Virus record (IMG/VR): IMGVR_UViG_3300031857_014466
Source: an uncultured virus (IMG/VR IMGVR_UViG_3300031857_014466)
Taxonomy: Duplodnaviria; Heunggongvirae; Uroviricota; Caudoviricetes
Length of the DNA stretch: 64,000 nucleotides
Reading direction: 5' to 3' (one strand)
Under the pieces are notes generated by a model. That model did not search any database. It saw only the letters and a program-made list of their open reading frames with translations, and was not told the origin of the DNA. Of the stretch, positions 35,945 to 46,005 are shown piece by piece (within the stretch, counting starts at the first letter, position 1; each line of letters opens with the position of its first letter). Both the position numbers and the translations under genes were made by a program.

Positions 35945-35953
35945 ATATTTATA
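35945..35953 (+). promoter_or_regulatory. Candidate late promoter motif ATATTTATA
   Basis: Intergenic, about 25 nt before the ATG at 35978. Confidence 0.55.
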
Positions 35954-35977
35954 CTTAAAGATAAAGTAAAAAACTAA

Positions 35978-36259
35978 ATGGTAATCCATAGTCCCATATT
36001 TTCAGGTTCAATTATTCAAGATAGAGTGAACGCATATGCGGATTTAAGTGGGTCTTTTACGGGCTCTCTTACGGGTTCATTTAAAGGAACAATTGAAGTA
36101 CAACAAGCTACCTTTGCTGATTTGACAGTGACAAGCAGATTAAGAGTAACGGGTTCTCAAATTGTAACTGGTTCTATTTATTTGACTCAAGGTGGATATT
36201 TAGTGGATGGTGTAAATGTTTTAGATTCAGCAATTGCATTTGCAATAGCATTAGGATAA
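35978..36259 (+). CDS. Short fibre/anchor-like virion protein
   Basis: 93 aa with SGSFTGSLTGSF repeats like the fibre N-termini and a hydrophobic end AIAFAIALG. Confidence 0.7.
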   Translation: MVIHSPIFSGSIIQDRVNAYADLSGSFTGSLTGSFKGTIEVQQATFADLTVTSRLRVTGSQIVTGSIYLTQGGYLVDGVNVLDSAIAFAIALG

Positions 36260-36269
36260 AAATTAAGAT

Positions 36270-36602
36270 ATGGCAAACTCATTTAAAAATAGTATAACAG
36301 GTTCGGTTGGAACAGCAGGTGTTAAAATATATGAGACACCAACAAATACATCAACAACTGTAATTGGAGTTGGTGTAGCAAATGTAAATTCAAATAACAT
36401 TTCGGTTAGTGTGATGGTTAGAGATAACTCAGCAAATAAAACTGTATATGTTGTGAAAGATTCTTTAATTTTACCTGGTAGTTCTAATGTTTTGGTTGGT
36501 GGTGAGCAAAAGTTAGTTTTGGAAGCTGGAGATTTTCTTTCAGTAACATCATCATTAGCTAATTCAGCAGATGTAATTGTTTCGGTATTGGAGATAACTT
36601 AA
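36270..36602 (+). CDS. Small beta-sandwich fibre adaptor-like protein
   Basis: 110 aa; IYETP..TSTTVIG...KLVLEAGD...VIVSVLEIT; paralogous to the ends of ORF 22198-23130. Confidence 0.7.
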   Translation: MANSFKNSITGSVGTAGVKIYETPTNTSTTVIGVGVANVNSNNISVSVMVRDNSANKTVYVVKDSLILPGSSNVLVGGEQKLVLEAGDFLSVTSSLANSADVIVSVLEIT

Positions 36603-36614
36603 AAGTTGTAATGA

Positions 36615-39600
36615 ATGGAGTATTTAGGTGGTAACCCTAATGGTTTAAATCAACTAAGCGCAAGTTTAGTTTCTTTATTTGTAAGCGGAAGTAGAATAGT
36701 AGACTTCTCATCGGCATCGGTAAACCTTGTCGGTAGAATAACTGCCTCTGGTTTACAATCATATGAAATAAGGTCATTTGGTAATCTACCTATTGAAGTA
36801 AAATCTAATACGCAAATTTCAGGCAGTTTATCAATTTCATCTTCAATAACCGCATCTATATTTCGTGGAGATGGTAGTGGATTATTTAATATTCAGGCAT
36901 CATCAATTGGTGATATAGATAGATTAAAATCGGGTTCAGCTGAAGCTATTATTTCTCCAAACAGAGGATTGGAAATAAATGTACCAACTACAATTAGTAG
37001 TAGTTTAGGTGTTACTGGGTCTGTTAGGATTTCACAAAATTTAACAGTCGCAGGTAGAATACAATCTACCGAATTATTCGCAACTTATATTTCATCATCA
37101 GTAATTTATTCATCTGGTTCAAACAAATTTGGTGATGCATTAAGTGATAAACAAGAAATAACTGGTTCTCTTTCTGTAAGTGGTTCTATATCAGTTACTG
37201 GAGATTCAATTCCAACGGATAATACAACAAATGAGGTGTTGGTATTGAATATGACTACCGGTAGAGTAAGTAGAAGATTTGCAGCAGCAACTTCTGGTAC
37301 ATCGGGTACATCTGGTACAAGCGGCTCATCGGGAACTTCTGGAACATCTGGCACAAGCGGCACCTCTGGTACATCTGGTAGTGGTGGTACTTCTGGCACA
37401 AGCGGAAGTGGGGGTACATCGGGTACTTCTGGTAGTGGGGGTTCATCTGGCACAAGCGGTACATCGGGAAGTGGTGGTTCTTCTGGCACAAGCGGTACTT
37501 CTGGCACAAGCGGCACCTCTGGTACTTCTGGTAGTGGCGGTACTTCTGGTAGTGGTGGTTCAAGTGGTACAACAGGAAGTTCTGGTTCATCTGGCACATC
37601 TGGTATAAGTGGTACATCAGGTACTTCTGGTAGTGGTGGTAGTTCTGGTACATCAGGCTCTGGTGGCTCATCAGGAACTTCTGGTATAAGTGGTTCATCG
37701 GGAACTTCTGGTATAAGTGGCACAAGCGGTAGTGGTGGTACATCTGGAACTGGCGGCACATCAGGCTCTGGTGGTTCATCGGGAACAAGTGGACAAAGTG
37801 GTTCATCAGGAACATCTGGAGTTAGTGGTACAAGCGGTTCAACTGGTTCAGCTGGTACAACTGGTTCATCTGGTGTATCAGGCTCATCTGGCACAAGCGG
37901 CACATCAGGAACTTCTGGTACAAGCGGTACATCAGGAACGTCTGGTAGTGGAGGTATAAGTGGAGCAGGGGGTTCTTCGGGAACAACTGGTTCGGCTGGT
38001 ACATCTGGTACAAGCGGGTCATCTGGAACAAGTGGCACTTCAGGAACTTCTGGTACATCAGGTACAAGTGGTATTGGTGGAGCTAGTGGTTCAAGCGGTT
38101 CATCAGGAACTTCTGGCACATCTGGTACAAGCGGTACATCGGGAACAAACGGAACAAGCGGCAGTTCTGGAACTAGCGGTAGCGCTGGTAGTACAGGAAG
38201 TGGTGGTTCATCCGGTAGTTCTGGTACAAGCGGCACATCAGGAACTTCTGGCACATCAGGTACAAGTGGTACTTCTGGTGCACAAGGTAGTTCGGGAAGT
38301 GCAGGTAGCGCCGGTACATCTGGAACATCTGGAACATCTGGTACAAGCGGACAAGCTGGTGGTTCAAAATATAATTTTAATACATCAAATACTGATGCAG
38401 ATCCTGGTAATGGTAGTATTGCATATAATAATACATCACCAGCTGCAATTTCTCAAATATTCATAGATAATATTGACCAAAGTGGAAATACTCAAACTGC
38501 GTGGTATGATACATGGGATGATAGTACAACATTAGCAACAAGAGGTTATCTTACAATTTCGAGCAGAGATAGTGGAACAATTAATAATATATTCGTAATA
38601 ACAGGTGCGGTAACAGCCGCAAGTGGTTATTATAAAATTCCTGTTTCTTGGGTAAGTGGAACTTTACCTGCTGTAAATGGAGCCCAATTAGTTGTATCAT
38701 TTAGTAGAACAGGTAATAGTGGAAGTACAGGTTCAGCTGGTTCTTCGGGAACATCTGGTACAAGCGGCACATCGGGTACAAGTGGTACGTCTGGTAGTGG
38801 TGGTACATCAGCAACAGCAGGTAGTGGGGGTTCGTCAGGAACTTCTGGTACATCTGGTACATCTGGTACATCCGGTACAAGCGGAAGTGGTGGTTCATCT
38901 GGCACATCTGGTAGTGGTGGTACATCAGCAACAGCAGGTAGTGGGGGTTCATCAGGAACTTCTGGTACATCCGGAACAAGTGGCACATCTGGTAGTGGTG
39001 GTACAAGCGGTACAGCAGGAAGTGGAGGTTCATCTGGTAGTGGGGGTTCATCAGGAACTTCTGGTACTTCTGGCACAAGTGGAAGTGGTGGTACATCTGG
39101 TAGCGGTGGCTCAAGCGGTACATCGGGAACAAGTGGTACATCTGGAACTAGAGGTACTGCCGGTTCTGGTGGTAGTTCTGGTACTTCTGGCACAAGCGGT
39201 ACAAGTGGTACATCAGGAACTTCTGGTAGTGGGGGTACATCGGGATCTGGAGGCACATCCGGTACAAGCGGTACATCGGGTACATCTGGAAGTGGTGGTA
39301 CTTCTGGTTTATTATCATTAACTGGTACAACTGATAATGGTGTAATCACTCTAAACGGAACTGCACCAAATGCAACCGTTGAAGCAAATTTAAGATTTGA
39401 TGGTACAACTCTTGCGGTAACTGGTAACGCTACAATTAGTGGTGACCTTACTGTAAGTGGTACAACAACATATATTAATACAACAACTCTTAACGTAGGT
39501 GATAACATCATCACATTAAATGCAGATTTTGCATCTGGAGCACCAACCGAAAATGCCGGTATTGAAGTAAGAAGGGGTTCATCATCAACTGTTTCGTTCT

Positions 39601-42600
39601 ATTGGAATGAATCAACTGATAGATGGTATGCTGATAATACATTAGAAGTAGCTGGCAACGTTGTTCTTAGTGGTACAATTGATACGGGACAAGGTGCAAC
39701 TGAAGTTTACTTAATGAACCAAAATGTTCGTACTACTGATAATGTAACCTTTAATCAGGTAACAGCAAACCTTATTGGTAACGCAACAACTGCAACAACA
39801 GCAACTTATATTAACGTTCAGGATACAAGAGCATCTGCAACTACACCGCAAACAATGAACGCTAACCAAGGTGTAAGATTTGATTTTAAGCAAAACTCTA
39901 CAAATGGTTTAAGTGATGGTGGTACTTACAATGGTGTAATGTATTTTAGAAAATATGGTAGTACATCTGACTGGAGTGGTGGTGGTGCAAACGAATTAGG
40001 ATTTACCGATAATGGTAATATGTGGTTGAGATATGGTACTGGTACTTCTTGGGGTGCGTGGAAACGTATAATGGATACAACTTCGTATGCATTTGCGGCT
40101 AATATGAACCAAAACGTTAGAACAACTGATAACGTAACATTTAACCAAGTAACAACAACCGGCGGTGGTAATGCTGGAGCATACTATCTTTCAGATACTA
40201 ATGCCGGTTTATATAGAGATAATACATATGATGTAGTACTTTTACAAAACAACTCATCTGGAAATCCACTTTATTTGGCAGGAGCTGGTGAGGTAAGAGT
40301 AAGTATTGATGCAAATAATAATGAAACTGGACAAAAATTCATAGTTGGTAGTAATGCAATAAAATCATCAAATGAACTATTCTCAGTAAACGAAAGTGGT
40401 GATGGATATTTTGCCGGAACTAGTGTTAATATAGCAGGTGGAGGAGATACAACTTTAAGTATATTCAGTAGACAAGCAATTGGTAGATATAGTGGCTGGG
40501 ATGGTAATACTCTTTATTTAAATGGATATGGTGGATTTACAAATGGTGTATCAGTTGGTTCACCTGGTGCAACATCAGTTCCATTCTACGTTTATGGTGG
40601 TATAGCTGTATTCAATGGTGTATCTGCTATTTCTTCTGGTAGAGTTAGTATTAGAGCAGGTGGTTCTGGTGGTGTTGGTTGGGGAACTGGTTTAAATATT
40701 GGTGATTCTTCTAACTATACTGGATTTATACAAGACGCTGGTATTTCTCGTTTAAGAAACTTTGGTGCTGGTGGATTTGATTGGTTTAATAATGGGGCAT
40801 CTCAAATAATGGTACTAAGCAATGGTGGTGATTTAACCATAGCTAGTAATATGTATGCTTATAGATGGTTTGATAGAGATAATACTGCATATAATATTAA
40901 TGGTGATAGTATATCTACATTATATCAACTAAGATTAGGTGGAACTATACCATATAACGATTCTAATGGTTCAAGATTCTTTGGAATGTTTGTACCAGAT
41001 GGAAAATATCAAACTCGTAACTGGCATGCTGGTGATGGTGCATTTGTGTGGGATGGAATGCAGTATGTTACGGGAATAACCGATTCACCTATTGGTTCAT
41101 ACTCACATAGAGGAACTGGTGGATGGCAAGGTTGGAGACAAAATGGTTGGGTGCCTATTGATAGAACAAAAACTTATAAGGTATCTGCATGGGTTAGAAC
41201 TGTAAGTGGTAATCCATTCTGTTATCTTTCATTTACGCAAGCTGGATACGATTATTCTCAACCTGATAATGGTGGTTGGGGGCAACCTTATTATTGGTAT
41301 GGTGTTGCACCTTCTTCTTGGACTGAATATACAATGACAATTGGACCAGCTGGTTCTGGTGCAGATTATAGTTGGTATGGATATGCAAGATTCATGCAGT
41401 TAGGTTTCTTACACAATTATTTGTATAGTGGATATAGTGGTACTGCAGAATTTATTGGATTTAAGATTGAAGAAGTTGATAACACTTTAGCAGCCAACAC
41501 AACTGTTTTAGGTGATATAACAGCTAATAGATTTATTGATAGAAATGATGGTAGTTTCTTAGCTGACCCTACTGGTACTTCTAGATTTGTAAACTTAACT
41601 CTTACAGGTCAATTAAATATTCCTAATAACGCATTAATAAATGTTAATAATGAACCGGATGTTTGGGGTGCTAGATTTAGAACAACAACATCTACATCGA
41701 ATTTAGGTTCTGCATTAAAAAATATTATTTGGACCGGTGGTGGTTCTTCCGAAGGATTTGCTGTAAGTGGAGTTGGTGTTGGTGGTTATGCACTTGAAGT
41801 TAGAAACGATGGTATCGCTTGGGCTAGAAGTAGTTTTAGAGCACCTGAACTTTATACTGACCGTTTCTATGATGATGATGGTACTTTTGGATTTAGATTT
41901 GGAAGTGGTACTGGTGTTACAAGACATATCAATATGTCAAGTGGTACAGGAGACCCTTCAAATCCTGGCGGACAATTTGGTGGTATAAGTTGGGGACAAA
42001 GAGGTGATAATAATCCATATTATTTAATGTATGTAAAATCTCCGTATAATAATGGATATTCTACATATACAAGACTTTCATTAGGATGGCACACTGGTCT
42101 TGAATTAGGTGGTAACGCATCTTATGGTGGTACAACAATATTCAATGATTCTCCTGGTGTGACAAGCACTATATTAATGAGTATTGGTAGAGGTGACCAA
42201 CACGTAAGAATTTCAAATAACCTTTATCTTCCATACATTCAAGATAGTACTGATGGTTCTTATTACTTAGATTTTAACTCTACATCTCGTCTTAATGAAT
42301 TAATTTTAAATTCTTATCACATTCAAAATAATGATGGAGGTACATTCTTAGTATCAAATACATCAGAAGCAAACAACTGGATATTCCAAGAAAATGCAAG
42401 AGGATGGGGTATATTCTATTTTAATAAAGGTTCTCAATCTGGACAAACATATGGTACATATTCAACTGTAGGTGCTGAAACATTCTTTGTAGGGCAATCA
42501 AATGGACCTTCAATGCCAGGTTGGGTTGGTTATAATGGTAGTAGTAGAATTGCAGCAATGATTTCTCATTATACTGGATATATTTGGTCAAATAGTACCA

Positions 42601-44990
42601 TATATGCTGCTGGTGAAATGAGAGCACCAATATTCTATGATGCAAATGATGCTAACTATTATGTAGACCCAAATAGTAGTTCAAGACTTTGGTATTTAGG
42701 AGTTGGATATGAAGCACCAGAAAAAAGATTCCACGTTATAGGTGACCACGGAAGTTCATCAATGAGATTAACTATACCAGCAGCTTACAATGGTACAGGG
42801 CAAAGAATAAGTATGCAGTGGTGGGTATCTGAACCTGGTAACACTTGGAATGGTGGTGGATTTGGATATAATGTTGATAATAACTTAAATAGTGGTGGTG
42901 GTGCATATTACTTTGGTAGACCAAATACTAACTATGGACAAGGATATATAAGATTTAGTGAAGGTGGTGACATGTATTTTTATAATACGAATACATCTGG
43001 TAATCGTGTTACAAATATGGAAATGTATCCATCTAACTATGTTTATGTAAACAACTACCTTCAAGCTGGCAACTCTCTTAGAGCACCAATATTCTATGAT
43101 TCAAACGATACGGGATATTACTTAGACCCAGCAACAGCAACCAACGTTGATTTAAGAATGAGAGGTGGTACTCTACATGGACCTAACTGGACATGGGGTG
43201 CATATATGTACGTTGGTACAAATGGTAGACCTGGTGGTGAGGCATCGGTAGTAACTACAAATGGTAACTTACACTTAGATTGTCAAAACGGATACGAAAC
43301 TTATATTAACCACTATTCTGGTAATAGAACTTATTTGTATGAGATTCGTACAAACTTTATTTATGATAGAGATGATACTACATTCTACTTAGACCCATCT
43401 GGTGATACTAGAATTAGAAACCTTTATATTTGGTATGGTAATAGTATAATCCACTATGGATATAATAATAGTGGTGCATACGCTATGAACAATAACTCAA
43501 CCTATTGGGGATTGATGTTAAACGTATCAGCAAATGACTGGAGATTGGGTTGGGGTGGTACTGGTTCAATTGTTGGTTGGAACTTACGTTGGGATAATGG
43601 TAGTACTGTTTGGGCAAATGGTTCATTCAGAGCACCAATATTCTATGATTCTGATGATACATATTGGTATATTGACCCAAGTACTTCAGGTACATCAGCA
43701 AACTTTAGAGGAGCTGTTCGTATAACTGATTACTTCTCACCAAATGGTTATCCAAACTGGAGTGACGTTGCATGGATAGGTAGATATGACCAAACACAAG
43801 GTTCATATCCAATGTATTCTCCTGGCGCAATGTGGGGTATTCACTTCCAACGTTCATCTGATGGTGCATCAATTGGTATGGTAACTAGAGGTGGTAGTTA
43901 TAACGATTACAATCTTGTTGTTAACTGGGGTGATGATAGTGGTGATATTTTAGAATATAGATTTAATAATAGTAGGGTTGCATTGATGGATATTGGTGGA
44001 CAAGCCCAATTCCCAATCATATATGATTACAATAATACTGGATATTATTTAGACCCTAATGGTACAACATATATTGAAAACCTATATTCTCGTTGGTGGG
44101 AGCCTATTGGTGTTGGTGGTAACTCTGGAAATGGTACACATGCATATCGTATATTCCAAGAAGGTGGTGGATGGGGGTATCCTTATCCTGACCTAAGAAT
44201 TGCATTCCATACGGGTATTAAATTAGGTGCAAACGGACCTTCATATGAAGGGGTAAGATTATACTCCGATTATGATATGAGTGGTATCTTAATTCAATTG
44301 AGTGGACCTTCAAACTATTCATTCTGGCACACATGGCAGAGATTGGAAGGATACCATGGTATCTATTCTGGAATTAACTCAGCACACATTTATCCAAACA
44401 ACTCTACATATGGACAATGGAGAATTGATGGTAGTAGAAATGGATATGGTGGTATATTAATTGATGTAGGTAACACACCTGTATTGATGTTTGATGGTGG
44501 TGGTAATGGTGGTATCTATTATCAAGCTGGTCGATGGATGTTCTATCATTATTGGCCATACAATTGTGTAGGTGTTGGAACTTCTGCAACATCACCTTCA
44601 TATGGTATGTATGTTAATAGGGGTATTTACGCTACTGAAAACATTGTGGCTTATTCCGATAGACGTGCAAAAGAAAACATAGTAACTATTGATTCTGCTT
44701 TAAATAAATTACTTCAAATTAGAGGTGTTTACTATAATAGAATTAAAGATGAAACTAAGAAAAGGCAAATAGGGGTAATTGCACAAGAAGTTAATGAAGT
44801 TATTCCTGAAGTTGTGACTTATTGTGATGTTAATGATGAGTATGGTGTAGCTTATGGAAATTTTGCTGGTTTATTTATAGAATCAATTAAAGACCAACAA
44901 AATATTATTAATAAGCAAGCTGAAGAAATAAGTACATTAAAAGAAGAATTACAAAAACTTAAAGAATTAATACTTAATAATAAAGGATAA
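36615..44990 (+). CDS. Long tail fibre with Gly-X-Y tracts, modular distal shaft and C-terminal intramolecular chaperone (peptidase S74-like)
   Basis: 2791 aa. Has G-[ST]-S tracts, about nine RAPIFYD..D..YY.DP-type junctions, and C-terminal YSDRRAKENI...IGVIAQEV...YGV.YG plus coiled coil (S-D-x-R-x-K autocleavage motif at 44655). Confidence 0.9.
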   Translation: MEYLGGNPNGLNQLSASLVSLFVSGSRIVDFSSASVNLVGRITASGLQSYEIRSFGNLPIEVKSNTQISGSLSISSSITASIFRGDGSGLFNIQASSIGDIDRLKSGSAEAIISPNRGLEINVPTTISSSLGVTGSVRISQNLTVAGRIQSTELFATYISSSVIYSSGSNKFGDALSDKQEITGSLSVSGSISVTGDSIPTDNTTNEVLVLNMTTGRVSRRFAAATSGTSGTSGTSGSSGTSGTSGTSGTSGTSGSGGTSGTSGSGGTSGTSGSGGSSGTSGTSGSGGSSGTSGTSGTSGTSGTSGSGGTSGSGGSSGTTGSSGSSGTSGISGTSGTSGSGGSSGTSGSGGSSGTSGISGSSGTSGISGTSGSGGTSGTGGTSGSGGSSGTSGQSGSSGTSGVSGTSGSTGSAGTTGSSGVSGSSGTSGTSGTSGTSGTSGTSGSGGISGAGGSSGTTGSAGTSGTSGSSGTSGTSGTSGTSGTSGIGGASGSSGSSGTSGTSGTSGTSGTNGTSGSSGTSGSAGSTGSGGSSGSSGTSGTSGTSGTSGTSGTSGAQGSSGSAGSAGTSGTSGTSGTSGQAGGSKYNFNTSNTDADPGNGSIAYNNTSPAAISQIFIDNIDQSGNTQTAWYDTWDDSTTLATRGYLTISSRDSGTINNIFVITGAVTAASGYYKIPVSWVSGTLPAVNGAQLVVSFSRTGNSGSTGSAGSSGTSGTSGTSGTSGTSGSGGTSATAGSGGSSGTSGTSGTSGTSGTSGSGGSSGTSGSGGTSATAGSGGSSGTSGTSGTSGTSGSGGTSGTAGSGGSSGSGGSSGTSGTSGTSGSGGTSGSGGSSGTSGTSGTSGTRGTAGSGGSSGTSGTSGTSGTSGTSGSGGTSGSGGTSGTSGTSGTSGSGGTSGLLSLTGTTDNGVITLNGTAPNATVEANLRFDGTTLAVTGNATISGDLTVSGTTTYINTTTLNVGDNIITLNADFASGAPTENAGIEVRRGSSSTVSFYWNESTDRWYADNTLEVAGNVVLSGTIDTGQGATEVYLMNQNVRTTDNVTFNQVTANLIGNATTATTATYINVQDTRASATTPQTMNANQGVRFDFKQNSTNGLSDGGTYNGVMYFRKYGSTSDWSGGGANELGFTDNGNMWLRYGTGTSWGAWKRIMDTTSYAFAANMNQNVRTTDNVTFNQVTTTGGGNAGAYYLSDTNAGLYRDNTYDVVLLQNNSSGNPLYLAGAGEVRVSIDANNNETGQKFIVGSNAIKSSNELFSVNESGDGYFAGTSVNIAGGGDTTLSIFSRQAIGRYSGWDGNTLYLNGYGGFTNGVSVGSPGATSVPFYVYGGIAVFNGVSAISSGRVSIRAGGSGGVGWGTGLNIGDSSNYTGFIQDAGISRLRNFGAGGFDWFNNGASQIMVLSNGGDLTIASNMYAYRWFDRDNTAYNINGDSISTLYQLRLGGTIPYNDSNGSRFFGMFVPDGKYQTRNWHAGDGAFVWDGMQYVTGITDSPIGSYSHRGTGGWQGWRQNGWVPIDRTKTYKVSAWVRTVSGNPFCYLSFTQAGYDYSQPDNGGWGQPYYWYGVAPSSWTEYTMTIGPAGSGADYSWYGYARFMQLGFLHNYLYSGYSGTAEFIGFKIEEVDNTLAANTTVLGDITANRFIDRNDGSFLADPTGTSRFVNLTLTGQLNIPNNALINVNNEPDVWGARFRTTTSTSNLGSALKNIIWTGGGSSEGFAVSGVGVGGYALEVRNDGIAWARSSFRAPELYTDRFYDDDGTFGFRFGSGTGVTRHINMSSGTGDPSNPGGQFGGISWGQRGDNNPYYLMYVKSPYNNGYSTYTRLSLGWHTGLELGGNASYGGTTIFNDSPGVTSTILMSIGRGDQHVRISNNLYLPYIQDSTDGSYYLDFNSTSRLNELILNSYHIQNNDGGTFLVSNTSEANNWIFQENARGWGIFYFNKGSQSGQTYGTYSTVGAETFFVGQSNGPSMPGWVGYNGSSRIAAMISHYTGYIWSNSTIYAAGEMRAPIFYDANDANYYVDPNSSSRLWYLGVGYEAPEKRFHVIGDHGSSSMRLTIPAAYNGTGQRISMQWWVSEPGNTWNGGGFGYNVDNNLNSGGGAYYFGRPNTNYGQGYIRFSEGGDMYFYNTNTSGNRVTNMEMYPSNYVYVNNYLQAGNSLRAPIFYDSNDTGYYLDPATATNVDLRMRGGTLHGPNWTWGAYMYVGTNGRPGGEASVVTTNGNLHLDCQNGYETYINHYSGNRTYLYEIRTNFIYDRDDTTFYLDPSGDTRIRNLYIWYGNSIIHYGYNNSGAYAMNNNSTYWGLMLNVSANDWRLGWGGTGSIVGWNLRWDNGSTVWANGSFRAPIFYDSDDTYWYIDPSTSGTSANFRGAVRITDYFSPNGYPNWSDVAWIGRYDQTQGSYPMYSPGAMWGIHFQRSSDGASIGMVTRGGSYNDYNLVVNWGDDSGDILEYRFNNSRVALMDIGGQAQFPIIYDYNNTGYYLDPNGTTYIENLYSRWWEPIGVGGNSGNGTHAYRIFQEGGGWGYPYPDLRIAFHTGIKLGANGPSYEGVRLYSDYDMSGILIQLSGPSNYSFWHTWQRLEGYHGIYSGINSAHIYPNNSTYGQWRIDGSRNGYGGILIDVGNTPVLMFDGGGNGGIYYQAGRWMFYHYWPYNCVGVGTSATSPSYGMYVNRGIYATENIVAYSDRRAKENIVTIDSALNKLLQIRGVYYNRIKDETKKRQIGVIAQEVNEVIPEVVTYCDVNDEYGVAYGNFAGLFIESIKDQQNIINKQAEEISTLKEELQKLKELILNNKG
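37296..38363 (+). repeat. Gly-X-Y (Ser/Thr/Gly) tract 1 of long fibre, ~356 codons
   Basis: Continuous GTS/GSS/GSG triplets. Confidence 0.95.
38712..39308 (+). repeat. Gly-X-Y (Ser/Thr/Gly) tract 2 of long fibre, ~199 codons
   Basis: GTS/GSG triplets resuming after a ~115-aa globular insert. Confidence 0.95.
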
Positions 44991-44993
44991 ATT

Positions 44994-45425
44994 ATGGCAC
45001 TTATTAGAGATTACGAACTACCTGGAACTGGTTTAAATATTGAAAACGCTTATCACGTTGTGACAAATGTTGCAATAGAAAAAAGAACAGCGGATGTACC
45101 AGCACCAGTAGACCCAACAAGACCTGATAATAGAACCTTTGGTGCTAACGCTGAAGGTAATGAAGTTTATTGGAAAGCTGGATATGTGGCAACAATTTCT
45201 TTAACAGTTTGGAAAGATAAAACTGCTAGAAACAATGATGCTAAACCTATTGGTTTTATTGGTGTGAATGCAGGAGATAATAAGTATGGTGTATCAATTG
45301 GTACAGCCGGTATGGACCATTATTGCCGTTTCTTTTTAGAAGTACCTTCTGAATTAAATCACATTGAGCAGGCTTATAGACATCTTCTTACAACAGAATA
45401 TTATAGTGGTTCGTTGGAAGATTAA
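44994..45425 (+). CDS. Hypothetical fibre-associated protein
   Basis: 143 aa, tightly coupled to the fibre gene, with AAGGA upstream; ends QAYRHLLTTEYYSG. Confidence 0.7.
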   Translation: MALIRDYELPGTGLNIENAYHVVTNVAIEKRTADVPAPVDPTRPDNRTFGANAEGNEVYWKAGYVATISLTVWKDKTARNNDAKPIGFIGVNAGDNKYGVSIGTAGMDHYCRFFLEVPSELNHIEQAYRHLLTTEYYSGSLED

Positions 45426-45462
45426 AATATTAAAAACAAATATTTATTAAAAAATACAAATT

Positions 45463-45861
45463 ATGGGATATACATACGAATGGAAACTAACAGGTATTAA
45501 AAAACAAAATACACAAACATTGGAAAATGTAGTTGTTAATGCCTATTGGAACGTAAAAGCAATTGATGAAACAGGTCACTCTGGTAGTTTTACTGGAGCA
45601 ACTCCGTTACCTTTAAATGAAGTTGACCCTAATAATTTTACCGCATATAGTAATTTATCTGAAGAACAGGTTGTTACATGGGTAAAAAATATAGTTAGTG
45701 GTTCAGACCGTACAAGAAACTATTGGGACCATATAATGGCACAAATTGGTAAAGAGATTGATAAGAATAAGTACAATAGAGTGATGGTAATGGAAGCTGA
45801 TTTACCTTGGTCACCGATATCAGGAAGTAACGCTTATGGGGCAGACCCACAGCCTGTTTAG
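45463..45861 (+). CDS. Hypothetical fibre-associated protein
   Basis: 132 aa; Y.W......VV...W....F.AY..L.EEQV..WV...LPW pattern often seen next to phage fibre genes; preceded by ATATTTAT (45440-45447). Confidence 0.7.
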   Translation: MGYTYEWKLTGIKKQNTQTLENVVVNAYWNVKAIDETGHSGSFTGATPLPLNEVDPNNFTAYSNLSEEQVVTWVKNIVSGSDRTRNYWDHIMAQIGKEIDKNKYNRVMVMEADLPWSPISGSNAYGADPQPV

Positions 45862-45888
45862 TAAAAAAACTAAATATTTAATCATTAT

Positions 45889-45938
45889 TATCCAAAACAT
45901 AGATTTATACATAGATTTGTGTTTTGGATATTTTGTTT
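45889..45938 (+). terminator. Long hairpin followed by U-rich run before the sheath gene (terminator or processing site)
   Basis: TATCCAAAACATAGATTTAT / ATAGATTTGTGTTTTGGATA: the three non-Watson-Crick positions are all G-U on the + strand; followed by TTTTGTTT. Confidence 0.55.
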
Positions 45939-45947
45939 ATATTTATA
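45939..45947 (+). promoter_or_regulatory. Candidate late promoter motif ATATTTATA upstream of sheath
   Basis: Immediately after the hairpin, about 60 nt before ATG 46006 (GGAG RBS present). Confidence 0.55.
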
Positions 45948-46005
45948 TGTGTATTTTTACAACCAAAAACAAATACAAACCTAAAATACAAATTGGAGAA
46001 ATAAA

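Noticed and set aside
37106..39514. Minus-strand and alternative-frame ORFs over the Gly tracts of the 2791-aa fibre
   Set aside because: Same shadow effect; their limits coincide with the repeat tracts.
10408..44070. CRISPR array or diversity-generating retroelement suggested by repeated DNA
   Set aside because: Repeats are in-frame coding units with synonymous variation. I saw no constant repeat-spacer period, no adenine-specific template/variable pair and no reverse transcriptase in the window.
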